Below are positions 1 to 9,902 of a DNA stretch of 64,000 nucleotides, piece after piece; the stretch's first letter is position 1, and every line of letters starts with the position of its first letter. The position numbers were made by a program, and so were the translations under genes. This DNA is from an uncultured Bacteroidaceae bacterium (GTDB lineage: Bacteria > Bacteroidota > Bacteroidia > Bacteroidales > Bacteroidaceae). The notes beneath the pieces were generated by a model. The model was not told where the DNA came from, ran no database searches, and saw nothing but the letters and a program-made list of their open reading frames with translations. The stretch lies in the NCBI GenBank assembly GCA_905236065.1, contig CAJONZ010000065.1:12285-76284 (forward strand), given 5' to 3'.

Positions 1-2076
1 ATAGGAGTCGAGCACCGTTTCCTTCTGCATAAACGCCATGACAAACATGCCGTCGAAATAGCTCTGATGGTTCGGGGCCATGATGAAGGGGCCTTTGGCC
101 GGAATGTTCTCCAAGCCTTTTCCCTCCAGAGAGAAATACCAACGGCTGAACGTCCGGGCAAGACTTACAATCGTCCAAGCCGTCCACCACGTCTTTGGCA
201 GCTCAACCTGGCTGGTGTCTGCCTTCAGGATGGCCTTCCAATCCGTCTTCTCCACCTCGATGCGGGTTTTATAGTCGCTGATATATTCGGCCATTTCCTG
301 CACCGTCTTGAAAGTGGCCACCCGTTCAGCCGTCATCTTCAGGCCGAACGTCAACTCCACAAACGACTGCAAGCCCACCTTGTCCAGCGAGTCCAACGCC
401 AAGTCCGTCTCCAGACTGTCGGTCGGTTTCACGGTCACATGCTTCTCCTCCTCCAAGTAGCGCTTCAGAATCTTGTATTCCTCAAACGTCGGCTCCACAT
501 AGTCTTTCTTCTTCTGCTCGGTGTGAACCTCCTGCTTCAGCAACTCCGCCAACTTGTAGCGTTGCAGCTTCTCCATTCGTGTACGGGGCAAATCGCCGTA
601 ATAGACAAAGAGTTCCAAAACACGCTTATAGGATTCCGTCGATTCGTTGTAAGGCTCAATCACCTCGCGTTTGAGCAGGGACTCCACTTCGTCCTCGGCC
701 TTTCCCCGTGCCCACAAAGCGTCGGGCACAATCACGGCACAGAGCTTGTCGCCATGCTGGCAAACGCCCACTTCCTTCACCTGCTCCTTGAACTTCTCCA
801 ACTTAAACTCAATCTCCGTCGGGTTGATATTCTTTCCATTCGACAGTACGATGATTTCCTTCGTGCGACCCGTAATGAAGATGTGTCCTTCGGAATCAAC
901 GTGGCCCAAGTCGCCCGTATGGATGAATCCGTCTGCATCCACCACGTCAGCCGTCTCCTCTGGACGGTTATAGTAGCCAATCATCAGGTTGGGACCTTTG
1001 GCGCAAAGCTCGCCGTTGACAAACTTCACCTGCACCGAAGGCATCGCCTTGCCCACGCTTCCGGGCACCAATTCCCCAGGGCGCGTGAACGAAATCATCG
1101 GTGCCATCTCCGTCATGCCATAGCCGTCCAGCAAATCCAGTCCCAGCGTCTTCATGCCCTCGGCAACCTCTTTAGGCAACGCCGCACCACCATTCACACA
1201 GAATTGCAGATGGCCGCCCAACTTCTCGTGTACGGCCTTGAATACGGTCCTTGACAGTTTTTGGCTCCCCGCCTTCTTGCAGACCCAAAACAAGAACCGG
1301 GCCACCGGCGAAGCGTCAATCTTAGCCTTGATGCCGTTATAAATCGTCTGCCACAGGCGAGGTACACCGATAATCAGATGCACGTCGCCTTCCTGCAACG
1401 TCTTCATGATGTCCGGCCCCGTCATTGACGGACAGATGGTCACACCCGCCCCATTCATCATGGGAGCAATCAGCGAGCCCATCAGCGGCAATACATGATG
1501 TAATGGCAACAGAATCAACGTTCTGACCTGTTCTCCATAAATCTTTACTTCCTCTGATACTGAACGCACATTTGCAAAGAGATTCCTGAACGAAAGCATG
1601 ACGCCCTTTGGCGTTCCCGTCGTGCCCGAAGTATAGACAATCAGCGCCATCCGCTCCTCGTCGTCCGTAAACAGACGCTCCAGCCCCTCCACACGCAGGC
1701 TTTCCTTCGGCACCTGTGACTCCCACTCATCCATCAGCATCACCTTCAAATCCACACCTGACAGACGAACGGCTGCATTCAGTACATCAAGCCGTTTCCT
1801 CGACACCCACACGCAGTCCGGGTGACAGTCGTTCAGGATGTAGGCCACATCCTCCGCCGTTGACATGGCATCCACGGGGACGGCCACGCCGCCATTCAGC
1901 CACACAGAGAACAGGGCATAGACCCAGCCTTCCCTGTTCTCGCTGAAGATGACCGTTTTTCCGTCACGCTGCTGCTTGGCAGCCTCGGCAAAACAGGCCA
2001 CACGTCCCAACATATCAGAAAAAGAGACCTTCCGTTCGCCGGCAATAATCGCAATTCGTTCGTAATCCTTAATCAT
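1..2076 (-). CDS. AMP-dependent acyl synthetase/ligase fused to a carrier-protein-like linker and an LPLAT (PlsC-type) acyltransferase; 3' end leaves the window
   Basis: Absent from the ORF track because there is no stop inside the window. Hand translation of the minus strand from ATG 2076..2074 stays open to nt 1 (692 codons), starting MIKDYERIAIIAG. It contains the AMP-binding core LIVYTSGTTGTPKGVMLS (about nt 1600-1650), GYGMTE and TGDLG motifs, then TDLALDSLDKVGLQSF (carrier-like DSL serine, about nt 370-410), then PNHQSYFDG (HX4D acyltransferase motif, nt 49-75). Confidence 0.8.
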   Translation of the reverse strand, partial: MIKDYERIAIIAGERKVSFSDMLGRVACFAEAAKQQRDGKTVIFSENREGWVYALFSVWLNGGVAVPVDAMSTAEDVAYILNDCHPDCVWVSRKRLDVLNAAVRLSGVDLKVMLMDEWESQVPKESLRVEGLERLFTDDEERMALIVYTSGTTGTPKGVMLSFRNLFANVRSVSEEVKIYGEQVRTLILLPLHHVLPLMGSLIAPMMNGAGVTICPSMTGPDIMKTLQEGDVHLIIGVPRLWQTIYNGIKAKIDASPVARFLFWVCKKAGSQKLSRTVFKAVHEKLGGHLQFCVNGGAALPKEVAEGMKTLGLDLLDGYGMTEMAPMISFTRPGELVPGSVGKAMPSVQVKFVNGELCAKGPNLMIGYYNRPEETADVVDADGFIHTGDLGHVDSEGHIFITGRTKEIIVLSNGKNINPTEIEFKLEKFKEQVKEVGVCQHGDKLCAVIVPDALWARGKAEDEVESLLKREVIEPYNESTESYKRVLELFVYYGDLPRTRMEKLQRYKLAELLKQEVHTEQKKKDYVEPTFEEYKILKRYLEEEKHVTVKPTDSLETDLALDSLDKVGLQSFVELTFGLKMTAERVATFKTVQEMAEYISDYKTRIEVEKTDWKAILKADTSQVELPKTWWTAWTIVSLARTFSRWYFSLEGKGLENIPAKGPFIMAPNHQSYFDGMFVMAFMQKETVLDSY

Positions 2077-2178
2077 AAGACTCTAAAAAAAACAGATACA
2101 GCCGCAAATATACGGATTTAAAACGAACGAACACAGAAAAAATCGCCTTTTTACTCCCGGCGTTCCGAAAAAAGTGTA

Positions 2179-2186
2179 TATATTTG
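2179..2186 (+). promoter_or_regulatory. Bacteroidota -7 box TATATTTG (nhaC)
   Basis: Exact TAnnTTTG match 26 nt upstream of ATG 2212. Confidence 0.5.
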
Positions 2187-2211
2187 CACATATTTATAAT
2201 AGCCACAAGAC

Positions 2212-3660
2212 ATGAAGACACCTCATCCGCTCGTTGCCCTCATTCCACTCATAGCCCTTATTCTCTTCCTTGCCACTGCCATTCTCCTCTTTGGCAGCGA
2301 CTCGCTCAACGGTGGCAGCCAGACCGCCCTCATCCTCGGCATGGCCGTCTGCATCATCATTTCCATGACCTGCTACAAGACACCGTGGAAGACTTTTGAA
2401 CGTCAAATCAACCGCACCCTTGGCGACATATCCATCACCATCCTCATCCTGTTGGCCGTCGGCATGATTTCCGGCTCCTGGATGCTCAGTGGCGTCGTCC
2501 CCACCCTCATCTGCTATGGCATCCAAATCATGTCGCCCCAGTTCTTCCTCGTCTCCTCCTGCCTCATCTGTGCCATCGTCTCCCTGCTCTCAGGCAGTTC
2601 ATGGACTACCATCGCCACCATCGGCGTGGCCCTCATGGGCATCGGTACGGCCCTCGGAATCTCTGAGGCATGGACTGCCGGTACCATCATCTCCGGAGCT
2701 TACTTCGGCGACAAGATGTCCCCACTCAGCGACACCACTATCCTCGCATCCTCTGCCGTCGGCACCGACCTCTTCACCCACATCCGCTACATGACGCTCA
2801 CCACCACACCCACCTTCCTCATCACGCTCACCATCTTCCTCATCGCCGGACTGGGCAACACCGACCTTTCTCCCCTGCAAATCAACCAATATACAGAAGG
2901 ACTTACCAGCACCTTCCACATCACTCCGCTCACACTCATCGTCCCCCTCCTCACTGGCATCCTCATCGCCCTAAGGCTGCCTTCCCTCATTACCCTCTTC
3001 TCATCCGCCATCCTCGCAGGCATCACCGCCCTCATCCTCCAGCCCCACATCCTCACTCAGGTAAGTCTCGATGCTACCAGCCTTCCCGACAGCTATCCGG
3101 CATGGACACACCTCGTCAGCGGACTGGCCGTCACCTTTTACGGGGCCACCCACATCGATACCGGCACACCCAGCCTGAACGAACTCATCTCCACGGGCGG
3201 CATGGCGGGAATGCTCAACACCATCTGGCTCATCCTCACCGCCATGTGCTTCGGAGCCGTCATGGTGGCCAGCCGCATGATTGAGAGCGTCACCAACCTC
3301 ATTCTCAGCTTTGCCCGTGGCCGCCTCAGCCTCGTCACCACCACTGCCGGCACGGGGCTCTTCCTGAACCTCACCACCGGCGACCAATTCATCTCCATCG
3401 TCCTGACCGCCGACATGTACCGCGAGGCATACCGCCAGCAAGGGTTCGAACCGCGCTTGCTCAGTCGCACGGCAGAGGATGCCGCCACCGTCACCTCCGT
3501 CCTTATTCCTTGGAACACCTGCGGCATGACGCAATCCACCGTGCTTGGCGTTCCCACCCTCGTCTATCTGCCCTATTGCTTCTTCAACTATCTCAGTCCG
3601 CTCATGACCATCCTCGTCGCCGCAATCGGTTGGAAAATCAAACAGCATAAACCTTTGTAA
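2212..3660 (+). CDS. nhaC: Na+/H+ antiporter, NhaC family
   Basis: 482-aa polytopic membrane ORF. The overall pattern and the region GAYFGDKMSPLSDTTILAS are typical of the NhaC family. The ATG lies 26 nt downstream of a TATATTTG -7 box. Confidence 0.8.
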   Translation: MKTPHPLVALIPLIALILFLATAILLFGSDSLNGGSQTALILGMAVCIIISMTCYKTPWKTFERQINRTLGDISITILILLAVGMISGSWMLSGVVPTLICYGIQIMSPQFFLVSSCLICAIVSLLSGSSWTTIATIGVALMGIGTALGISEAWTAGTIISGAYFGDKMSPLSDTTILASSAVGTDLFTHIRYMTLTTTPTFLITLTIFLIAGLGNTDLSPLQINQYTEGLTSTFHITPLTLIVPLLTGILIALRLPSLITLFSSAILAGITALILQPHILTQVSLDATSLPDSYPAWTHLVSGLAVTFYGATHIDTGTPSLNELISTGGMAGMLNTIWLILTAMCFGAVMVASRMIESVTNLILSFARGRLSLVTTTAGTGLFLNLTTGDQFISIVLTADMYREAYRQQGFEPRLLSRTAEDAATVTSVLIPWNTCGMTQSTVLGVPTLVYLPYCFFNYLSPLMTILVAAIGWKIKQHKPL

Positions 3661-3667
3661 GGCTGCG

Positions 3668-3698
3668 AAAAAAAGGCCCTCTTGCGGAGAGCCTTTTT
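3668..3698. terminator. Bidirectional hairpin terminator between convergent nhaC and the M6 protease gene
   Basis: aaaaaaaGGCCCTCttgcgGAGAGCCttttt: A-run, 7-bp stem with one mismatch, T-run. Confidence 0.55.
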
Positions 3699-3718
3699 GC
3701 ATTCTTTCTGATTATGTC

Positions 3719-5854
3719 TTACTTCTGAAGGTCTTCTATCTTCTTCGTGATGTCGGAAATCTTCACGTCCGTCTGACTACCGTCCAAGTATGTCGTGATG
3801 AGCGTGGTAATGTCCTCTACCGTCACGGCCTTCGGGAACTCCATCACCAGCACTTCGTCCAGGAAGAAACGCTTGGCAGCCGTAAAGGTCACCTTCACGT
3901 TGCCCGTGGCCGTAATGACCTCCGTGTAGTCCGTGAACTCACCCCGCTTCATGGTCAGGGAGGTGTTGCTGATTTCTCCGCCGCTGACCGAAAGCCTCAG
4001 CGTCGTGCCGTCTTTCGGACTGTTCCAGGCACCAGCCCTGAATGTCAGAATCACTGTGCCATTCACAGGGAATGCGGGGGTCGTACATTCGCCATTTTGC
4101 TTGCTTGTGCCAAACTTGGCACAGCCAGCAGCACCAAAAGCCTTGTCGGCAACCCAGCCGGAATTGTCCGTCAGGAAATCGCCGTTGGCAACTGAGCCGC
4201 TCCAGGCACCGTCGTTGCCACCTTTTTCGTCGCACTGATCGAATGACTCGTAGAACAGCGCACCCTCAATCGACGGCTTTACGTAGGGATCCTCGCCTTG
4301 TCCGCCGCCCGTGTGGTCGGCCACAAAGTTGAAGCTCACCGTGCCGTCGGCATTCTGCGTGATAGCTTCCACCGAAGAGTTCATAAAATAGGTGCCATCT
4401 GAGTTTTTGTTATAGAATTTCGCCGCCGGCTTTGTGTCTTTGTTGAAGGCGTTGTTATTCTTATAGGGATAGGGGTCTGTCTTGAGTCCCTCATCCGTAT
4501 AATACTTTGAACCGTCGTACCATTCATACTGATAGGCATTGTCAGCCGGAATCCACGTCATGCGCTGGTGATTGGGGTCGTCGTTCGGCGTATTTTCTTC
4601 CCAAATTTTTGCATCATAATCCACGTGGAGAATCAGCAGACCCTTACCAGGCAGCGAAGCGTCCCAACCCGTCAACTGACGGTTCTCCAGCATGAAGAAC
4701 TCGTTGCGCTGGCGCTTGTTGTAAATCACGTAGCTATCACCGTCCTCCTGCAACGATTTCATATTCTCGACCTTCACGTCCTCATCCTCCAACACGATGG
4801 GTTCCATCCATCCGGCCATCCATCGCTCGTAGCTGGTATAGCCCGCCGGCTGGTAGCCATCGCCATTATAGCTACCGCTACACATCAAATCCCAGGACTC
4901 CATGCCCTGACCACCGGAGTAGTCCGTGTCGTAGTAATCAGGAAAGCCCAGGCAATGGCTGAACTCATGGCACATCGTACCGATGCCATCAATCATCCCA
5001 GCCCCGTTCAACTCAGAACCGCAAGCATATAAGTTTGCCTTCAGACCCGGAGCCACCGTCACTGCGCCCGTTCCATCCCCATACTGCACTGCTTCCGACA
5101 AAGCCCACGAATGGGGCCAAATCGTGTTCTCAACACCCGAATCAGCCTCACCCTGTCCAGCATAAATCAAATAAATCTGATCGACCTCTCCGTCGTTGTC
5201 CCAGTCATATTGCCCCCAGTCGCTGACCAGAGACTTTGCCAACCCGATGGCTGTACTCACCATCTCGCCCGGATGTTTGTCGTTATCATCACTGTCGTTG
5301 GCTCCATAATAGGCCACCCCCTTCGGAAGTGTAACAGGGCCGACTACATCAAAATCAAGCTCAAACAGTCCACGACTCTGTGCCTTGAAGTAGTCGCACA
5401 TAGACCCCTTGAAATTTCCCTCCGAGAAGCCCTCCTCGTTGGCGATGCGCTCATACAAGGCTTTGTTGTTCGCCGTCTTAAACTTCTGGTCACTAAAATT
5501 CACTAACAGAATCAATCCCTTCTTCTTTCCCAAGTAGGTTCCAATAGAGCCCTCTTTGCGAGACGTCAGCAATCGCTTTGTGCGCTTTGCATTCACACGT
5601 TGGCGACGCTCACGGGCCTTCTTGACCAACGCCTCCCCGTCTGCCACCTCATAGTAATCGGCACCAGACGCTTTCACATAGACCACACCTTCTGCTGTGC
5701 GCCAGTAATGTCCATGCTCGTCGCCCATCAACTGCGCACGTACCTCCGTGCCGTCGCTCAAGGGCAACATCTTCCACACACCACGTTTGGCCGGAACAGC
5801 CATCGCCGTCATCGTCATCATCACGAACGACAGCATCAAAAACACTTTTCTCAT
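3719..5854 (-). CDS. Secreted M6-family (immune inhibitor A-like) zinc metalloprotease
   Basis: 711 aa. Signal peptide MRKVFLMLSFVMMTMTAMA. HExxH zinc site in GTMCHEFSHCLGFPDYYD. Domain order resembles M6 peptidases. C-terminal beta-rich region plus a helical tail. Confidence 0.75.
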   Translation of the reverse strand: MRKVFLMLSFVMMTMTAMAVPAKRGVWKMLPLSDGTEVRAQLMGDEHGHYWRTAEGVVYVKASGADYYEVADGEALVKKARERRQRVNAKRTKRLLTSRKEGSIGTYLGKKKGLILLVNFSDQKFKTANNKALYERIANEEGFSEGNFKGSMCDYFKAQSRGLFELDFDVVGPVTLPKGVAYYGANDSDDNDKHPGEMVSTAIGLAKSLVSDWGQYDWDNDGEVDQIYLIYAGQGEADSGVENTIWPHSWALSEAVQYGDGTGAVTVAPGLKANLYACGSELNGAGMIDGIGTMCHEFSHCLGFPDYYDTDYSGGQGMESWDLMCSGSYNGDGYQPAGYTSYERWMAGWMEPIVLEDEDVKVENMKSLQEDGDSYVIYNKRQRNEFFMLENRQLTGWDASLPGKGLLILHVDYDAKIWEENTPNDDPNHQRMTWIPADNAYQYEWYDGSKYYTDEGLKTDPYPYKNNNAFNKDTKPAAKFYNKNSDGTYFMNSSVEAITQNADGTVSFNFVADHTGGGQGEDPYVKPSIEGALFYESFDQCDEKGGNDGAWSGSVANGDFLTDNSGWVADKAFGAAGCAKFGTSKQNGECTTPAFPVNGTVILTFRAGAWNSPKDGTTLRLSVSGGEISNTSLTMKRGEFTDYTEVITATGNVKVTFTAAKRFFLDEVLVMEFPKAVTVEDITTLITTYLDGSQTDVKISDITKKIEDLQK

Positions 5855-5885
5855 CTGCTTGTTGTTAATATTAGTTTTGAGGGTG

Positions 5886-5893
5886 CAAAGTTA
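5886..5893 (-). promoter_or_regulatory. -7 box TAACTTTG (M6 protease)
   Basis: CAAAGTTA on the plus strand, 32 nt upstream of start 5854. Confidence 0.5.
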
Positions 5894-6028
5894 CGAATTA
5901 AAAACGAGGTACAGACAAAAAGTCTTAGGAAAAATCTCTACTCTTTGATTTTAAACGGTGAAGGCTCCTTCAAGCTGTAAGCCGGAAGGAGCCTTTGTTG
6001 GATTTTCAGACAAGCCGTGGGGGCAGAA

Positions 6029-7540
6029 TCAGATTTGAAGCTGCAGGACGAAGCGGGTGCCACGGGTGAAGGTGGGGTCGATGGTGAGGTCGCCGTCCAT
6101 CTTCTGTGCCATCAATCGGCAAATGGGCAGGCCGAGACCGTCGCCCGTGGTGAGGTCGCGGATTTCGGCAAAGGGCTTGAAAAGGCCGTCACGCTTCTCC
6201 TCCGGGATGACCTGACCTGTGTTGGACACGAGGAACTGGCAGGTGTGTACGTTGCGCTTCTTGAATTCCAGCACGATGGTGCCGCCCTCGGAGGCGAAAC
6301 ACGATGCGTTTTGCAAGAGGTGGAGCAGGATGTGCGAAACGTATTCCTTGTTTATCTTGGCACTTACCTTGGGGGCATTGACAGTCAGGGTGACATTGCC
6401 TGGCACGTTGCCACGTATTTCGTTCATCAAACCTTCGCAGAAGGATTGAACGGAGGTTTCCTCTGTCTCAACCTTCGTGACGAGGGTGTTCTCCAGTTCA
6501 GCGAGTGTCTGTACGTGCTGGGAGAAGTCGAGCAACGCTTTCACTTCGGGAGTGCGGGTGTCGAGCTTGCGCAACGAGGGTTCGAGCTGGGCAGAGATGT
6601 TTCCGATAAACTTGGCTTTCAGGGCGTTGTTATCGTTCACCATCTGGATGGTCTTCTTCTGCTTGCGGTTCAGGACAATGTAATACATCAATGCAAAGCC
6701 GCCCAGAATCAATGCGGCAGCCAAGATGATGGCCACGATGCTGAGGGTGATGATGACGGCCTGACGGGAGGTCAGCTTGCTGTCCTTCTCCGAAATGACG
6801 GCCTCGTTCTCGGCAATCTGCTGTTTCAGGGCATTCACCTTGTCGGCGACTTTCAGGGCGTTGACCGAGTCCTTCCAAACAATGTAGTTGCTGTAGGACT
6901 GCGCCACCATGTTGGCATTGCCCGATTTGCGGGCATTCCCAATCAGGGTCTGATAGACCCCGTCCACCTTGTCATACTCCTTCTTGCCGGTCAGTTTGCC
7001 GACCATCTCCTTGAAGACGGCGTTGCCCTGTGCGTTCAGTCCGAAGGAATAGTAGTAGATGGCCTTGTTGTAGAGCAGGTCGTTTTTCAGGTCTTCGTTG
7101 CCTGCCGCATTGGCATGGCCCTCCATGATGTCGAGCTGGTCCTTGACGTTGGAGCCCTTCCGCATCTTCATATACATATCCATCCGCACCTTGGTCACTT
7201 CGTAGTGCTGGGCGGCTGCGGCACTTGGCGACTGCTTCGCGGCATTGATGGCCTGGTCAACACGACGAAGGAGGTCGAAAGCCTCCTTGTAGTAATTTTC
7301 TTTGTGGTACATGGCCGCTGCCTTTACGGCACACTCCACACCTTCCTTCATCTGCCCCTTGGCTGCATAATCCTCAAAGGCACGAATGTACTGATAGCGG
7401 GCAGCGCCAATACTGCCACCGCTTTGGCTTGCAGCCTCTGCACGCTGCTGAAATTCGCTCTTCTGAGTCTCTTGTGCGCTGGCAGAGACACAGAAGAGTA
7501 ACATGTTCAAGAGTAATACAAAAATCGGTTTTCTCATCAT
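6029..7540 (-). CDS. TPR-like sensor with a histidine-kinase-type ATPase domain (atypical H-box)
   Basis: I place the start at the internal MM (7540) because MMRKPIFVLLLNMLLFCVSASAQ is a signal peptide. The 59 upstream codons overlap the promoter of the divergent MATE gene. There is one TM helix (VIITLSIVAIILAAALILGGFALMYYIV). The C-terminal HATPase_c has HLLQNA and TGDGLGLPICR. The DHp-like segment reads FIGNISAQLEPSL, with no His at the canonical position. Confidence 0.65.
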   Translation of the reverse strand: MMRKPIFVLLLNMLLFCVSASAQETQKSEFQQRAEAASQSGGSIGAARYQYIRAFEDYAAKGQMKEGVECAVKAAAMYHKENYYKEAFDLLRRVDQAINAAKQSPSAAAAQHYEVTKVRMDMYMKMRKGSNVKDQLDIMEGHANAAGNEDLKNDLLYNKAIYYYSFGLNAQGNAVFKEMVGKLTGKKEYDKVDGVYQTLIGNARKSGNANMVAQSYSNYIVWKDSVNALKVADKVNALKQQIAENEAVISEKDSKLTSRQAVIITLSIVAIILAAALILGGFALMYYIVLNRKQKKTIQMVNDNNALKAKFIGNISAQLEPSLRKLDTRTPEVKALLDFSQHVQTLAELENTLVTKVETEETSVQSFCEGLMNEIRGNVPGNVTLTVNAPKVSAKINKEYVSHILLHLLQNASCFASEGGTIVLEFKKRNVHTCQFLVSNTGQVIPEEKRDGLFKPFAEIRDLTTGDGLGLPICRLMAQKMDGDLTIDPTFTRGTRFVLQLQI

Positions 7541-7588
7541 ACAAATTATTTGTTTTAGTTGTAAACAGTCTGATTTGTTTTCGTAGTA

Positions 7589-7596
7589 CAAAGGTA
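7589..7596 (-). promoter_or_regulatory. -7 box TACCTTTG (sensor kinase-like gene)
   Basis: CAAAGGTA on the plus strand, 49 nt upstream of the preferred start 7540. Confidence 0.45.
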
Positions 7597-7681
7597 CGAA
7601 GTTTTTCCAAAGCGGTACACTCATTCGTGGAGAAAATGAAAAAACTTGGAAGAAAAAACATGGCATACGGCAAAAAGTCCG

Positions 7682-7689
7682 TAACTTTG
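7682..7689 (+). promoter_or_regulatory. -7 box TAACTTTG (MATE transporter)
   Basis: Exact match 23 nt upstream of ATG 7712. Confidence 0.5.
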
Positions 7690-7711
7690 CAGGTGAAAAC
7701 ACAGAAATAAC

Positions 7712-9127
7712 ATGCAAGATAACAGGACAAAAGAGTTAGGCACGGCACCTATCGGACAGTTGCTGATGAAATATGCAGTGCCGGCGGTGGTGGCAATGAC
7801 GGCCTCATCGCTTTACAACATCGTTGACCGCATCTTCATCGGAAACATCCCCGAGGTGGGTACGCTGTCGCTGGGTGGACTGGCCGTCACGTTCCCCATC
7901 ATGAACCTGAGTGCCGCTTTCGGTGCCATGGTGGGCGTGGGCAGTTCGACGATGATTTCAATCAAGTTGGGACAGAAGGACTACCAGAGCGCCGAGCGGG
8001 TTTTGGGCAATCTCGTTTCGCTCAACGTCATCATCGGCATCATCATCGGTGCGCTGGGTCTCATCTTCATCGACCCGCTGCTACTCTTCTTCGGAGCCTC
8101 GGAAAACACCCTGCAATATGCCCACGACTACATGTTCATCATCCTCCTGGGCAATGTGGTGACGCACCTCTACCTGGGACTGAACAGTGCCCTGCGCAGT
8201 ACGGGACACCCCCACGTAGCCATGTCGGCCACCATCGCCACGGTGGCCATCAATGCCATCCTCGACCCGCTGTTCATCTTCTCGCTGGGCATGGGCATCA
8301 AGGGTGCCGCCTACGCCACCGTCCTGGCACAGATTGCAGCACTATGTTATGTCATCACCGTGCTTTCCAACAAACGAGACCTCATCCACTTGCACAGCGG
8401 CATCTACGGACTACGCCGACAGGTTGTGAAGAACATTCTCGGCATTGGTCTTTCCCCGTTCTCCATGCAACTCTGTGCCTGCCTGGTCGTCATCCTCATC
8501 AACAAGGGACTGACACGTCACGGCGGCGACCTGGCAATTGCGGCCTACGGCATTATCAACGGCGTGACGTTCCTGGCCGTCATGGTGGTTTTGGGCATCT
8601 GTCAGGGTATGCAACCCATTGCGGGCTACAACTTCGGGGCACAACAGCCCGACCGTGTGAACGAGGTGCTCAGAAAAGCTATCTGGCTGGCCACCATCAT
8701 CATGACATTGGACTTTGTCGTGTGCGTCTTTTTCCCGCAGTACCTGGTGTTCATCTTCACGAGCGACCCCACCCTCTCGGCACTGGCTGAAAGGGGAATG
8801 CGCATCATCTGTAGCCTTTCGCCCGTCGTGGGATTCCAAATCGTGACGGGCAATTTCTTCCAAAGCATCGGTATGGCGAAGAAGAGCATCTTTATGTCCG
8901 TAAGCCGCCAGTTGGTGTTCCTGGTGCCTTTCCTGCTCGTCTTTCCTGAAATATGGGGCACCGATGGCGTATGGATTAGCATTGCCACTGCCGACGGCGT
9001 GGCCGCCATCACCGCAGCCATCATGCTGTGGCAGTTCTACCACCAGAAGGAAACTCTCCGCATACCGAAAATCCGTATGGAGAGTACCCTGAAACGTGTG
9101 TTCTTCCATAACCGCGTAACACCATAA
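7712..9127 (+). CDS. MATE family efflux transporter
   Basis: 471 aa with 12 predicted TM helices. The N-terminus [31 protein letters not shown] is typical of MATE/NorM proteins. Confidence 0.8.
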   Translation: MQDNRTKELGTAPIGQLLMKYAVPAVVAMTASSLYNIVDRIFIGNIPEVGTLSLGGLAVTFPIMNLSAAFGAMVGVGSSTMISIKLGQKDYQSAERVLGNLVSLNVIIGIIIGALGLIFIDPLLLFFGASENTLQYAHDYMFIILLGNVVTHLYLGLNSALRSTGHPHVAMSATIATVAINAILDPLFIFSLGMGIKGAAYATVLAQIAALCYVITVLSNKRDLIHLHSGIYGLRRQVVKNILGIGLSPFSMQLCACLVVILINKGLTRHGGDLAIAAYGIINGVTFLAVMVVLGICQGMQPIAGYNFGAQQPDRVNEVLRKAIWLATIIMTLDFVVCVFFPQYLVFIFTSDPTLSALAERGMRIICSLSPVVGFQIVTGNFFQSIGMAKKSIFMSVSRQLVFLVPFLLVFPEIWGTDGVWISIATADGVAAITAAIMLWQFYHQKETLRIPKIRMESTLKRVFFHNRVTP

Positions 9128-9131
9128 AAAC

Positions 9132-9902
9132 ATGCGCTTTTTCATCTACCTCTCCTACGACGGTACACGCTATCACGGTTGGCAGATTCAGCCCAACGGC
9201 ATCAGTGTGCAGGAAGTGCTCAACAAGGCACTCTCCACGCTGTTGCATGAGCCGATTGAAGTGACAGGGGCTGGACGGACGGATGCCGGAGTGAACGCAA
9301 GCATGATGGTGGCACACTTTGACACAGGACGTGAGGCTGACGAACAATTGGTTTATCGTCTCAACAAGTACCTGCCCCAAGACATCGCCATCCAGAAGAT
9401 TGTGCCAGTGACGTCCGAGGCCCATGCACGCTTCTCTGCCACCTCGCGCACGTACTATTATTATATAATCACGGAGAAAACGCCCTTTGAGCCATACGCC
9501 TACCGCTTCCCCCAACCACTCGATTTCGACAAGATGAACGAGGCGGCACAGACGCTTTTCGACTACACGGACTTCACCTCCTTCTCAAAACTCCATACTG
9601 ATGTGAAGACCAACAACTGCCGTATCATGCATGCCTGTTGGACACAGGTCGCTCCCCACAAATGGCAGTTCACCATCACCGCCGACCGCTTCCTCCGCAA
9701 CATGGTACGCGCCATTGTCGGAACACTCCTTGACGTGGGCCGAGGCACACTGAGCATTGAACAGTTCCGTGGAATCATCGAACAGAAAGACCGATGCTCC
9801 GCTGGCACTTCCGTCCCAGGCAACGCCCTGTTCCTTAGCAACATTACCTATCCAGAGGACATATTTAATCAAAACGTAAATTCTCCTTTCCCATGTGGTT
9901 AA
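9132..9902 (+). CDS. truA: tRNA pseudouridine(38-40) synthase
   Basis: [23 protein letters not shown] and [11 protein letters not shown] (catalytic Asp motif). Confidence 0.9.
   Translation: MRFFIYLSYDGTRYHGWQIQPNGISVQEVLNKALSTLLHEPIEVTGAGRTDAGVNASMMVAHFDTGREADEQLVYRLNKYLPQDIAIQKIVPVTSEAHARFSATSRTYYYYIITEKTPFEPYAYRFPQPLDFDKMNEAAQTLFDYTDFTSFSKLHTDVKTNNCRIMHACWTQVAPHKWQFTITADRFLRNMVRAIVGTLLDVGRGTLSIEQFRGIIEQKDRCSAGTSVPGNALFLSNITYPEDIFNQNVNSPFPCG

Noticed and set aside
67-1254. 395-aa plus-strand ORF (and nested ORFs 80..274, 671..973, 1154..1342)
   Set aside because: It is antisense to the clearly motif-bearing acyl-AMP ligase fusion. Its composition is dominated by Leu, His, Arg and Gln, as expected for the reverse frame of a GC-moderate gene, and it has no recognisable motifs.
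2489-3702. Several ORFs overlapping nhaC in other frames or on the other strand, including the His/Pro/Arg-rich 2670..3284
   Set aside because: These are alternative frames of a well-supported membrane transporter gene. Their low-complexity composition is typical of off-frame translation.
6017-7501. 494-aa plus-strand ORF
   Set aside because: It is antisense to the sensor-kinase-like gene, which has a signal peptide, a TM helix and HATPase motifs. The ORF has no motifs of its own.
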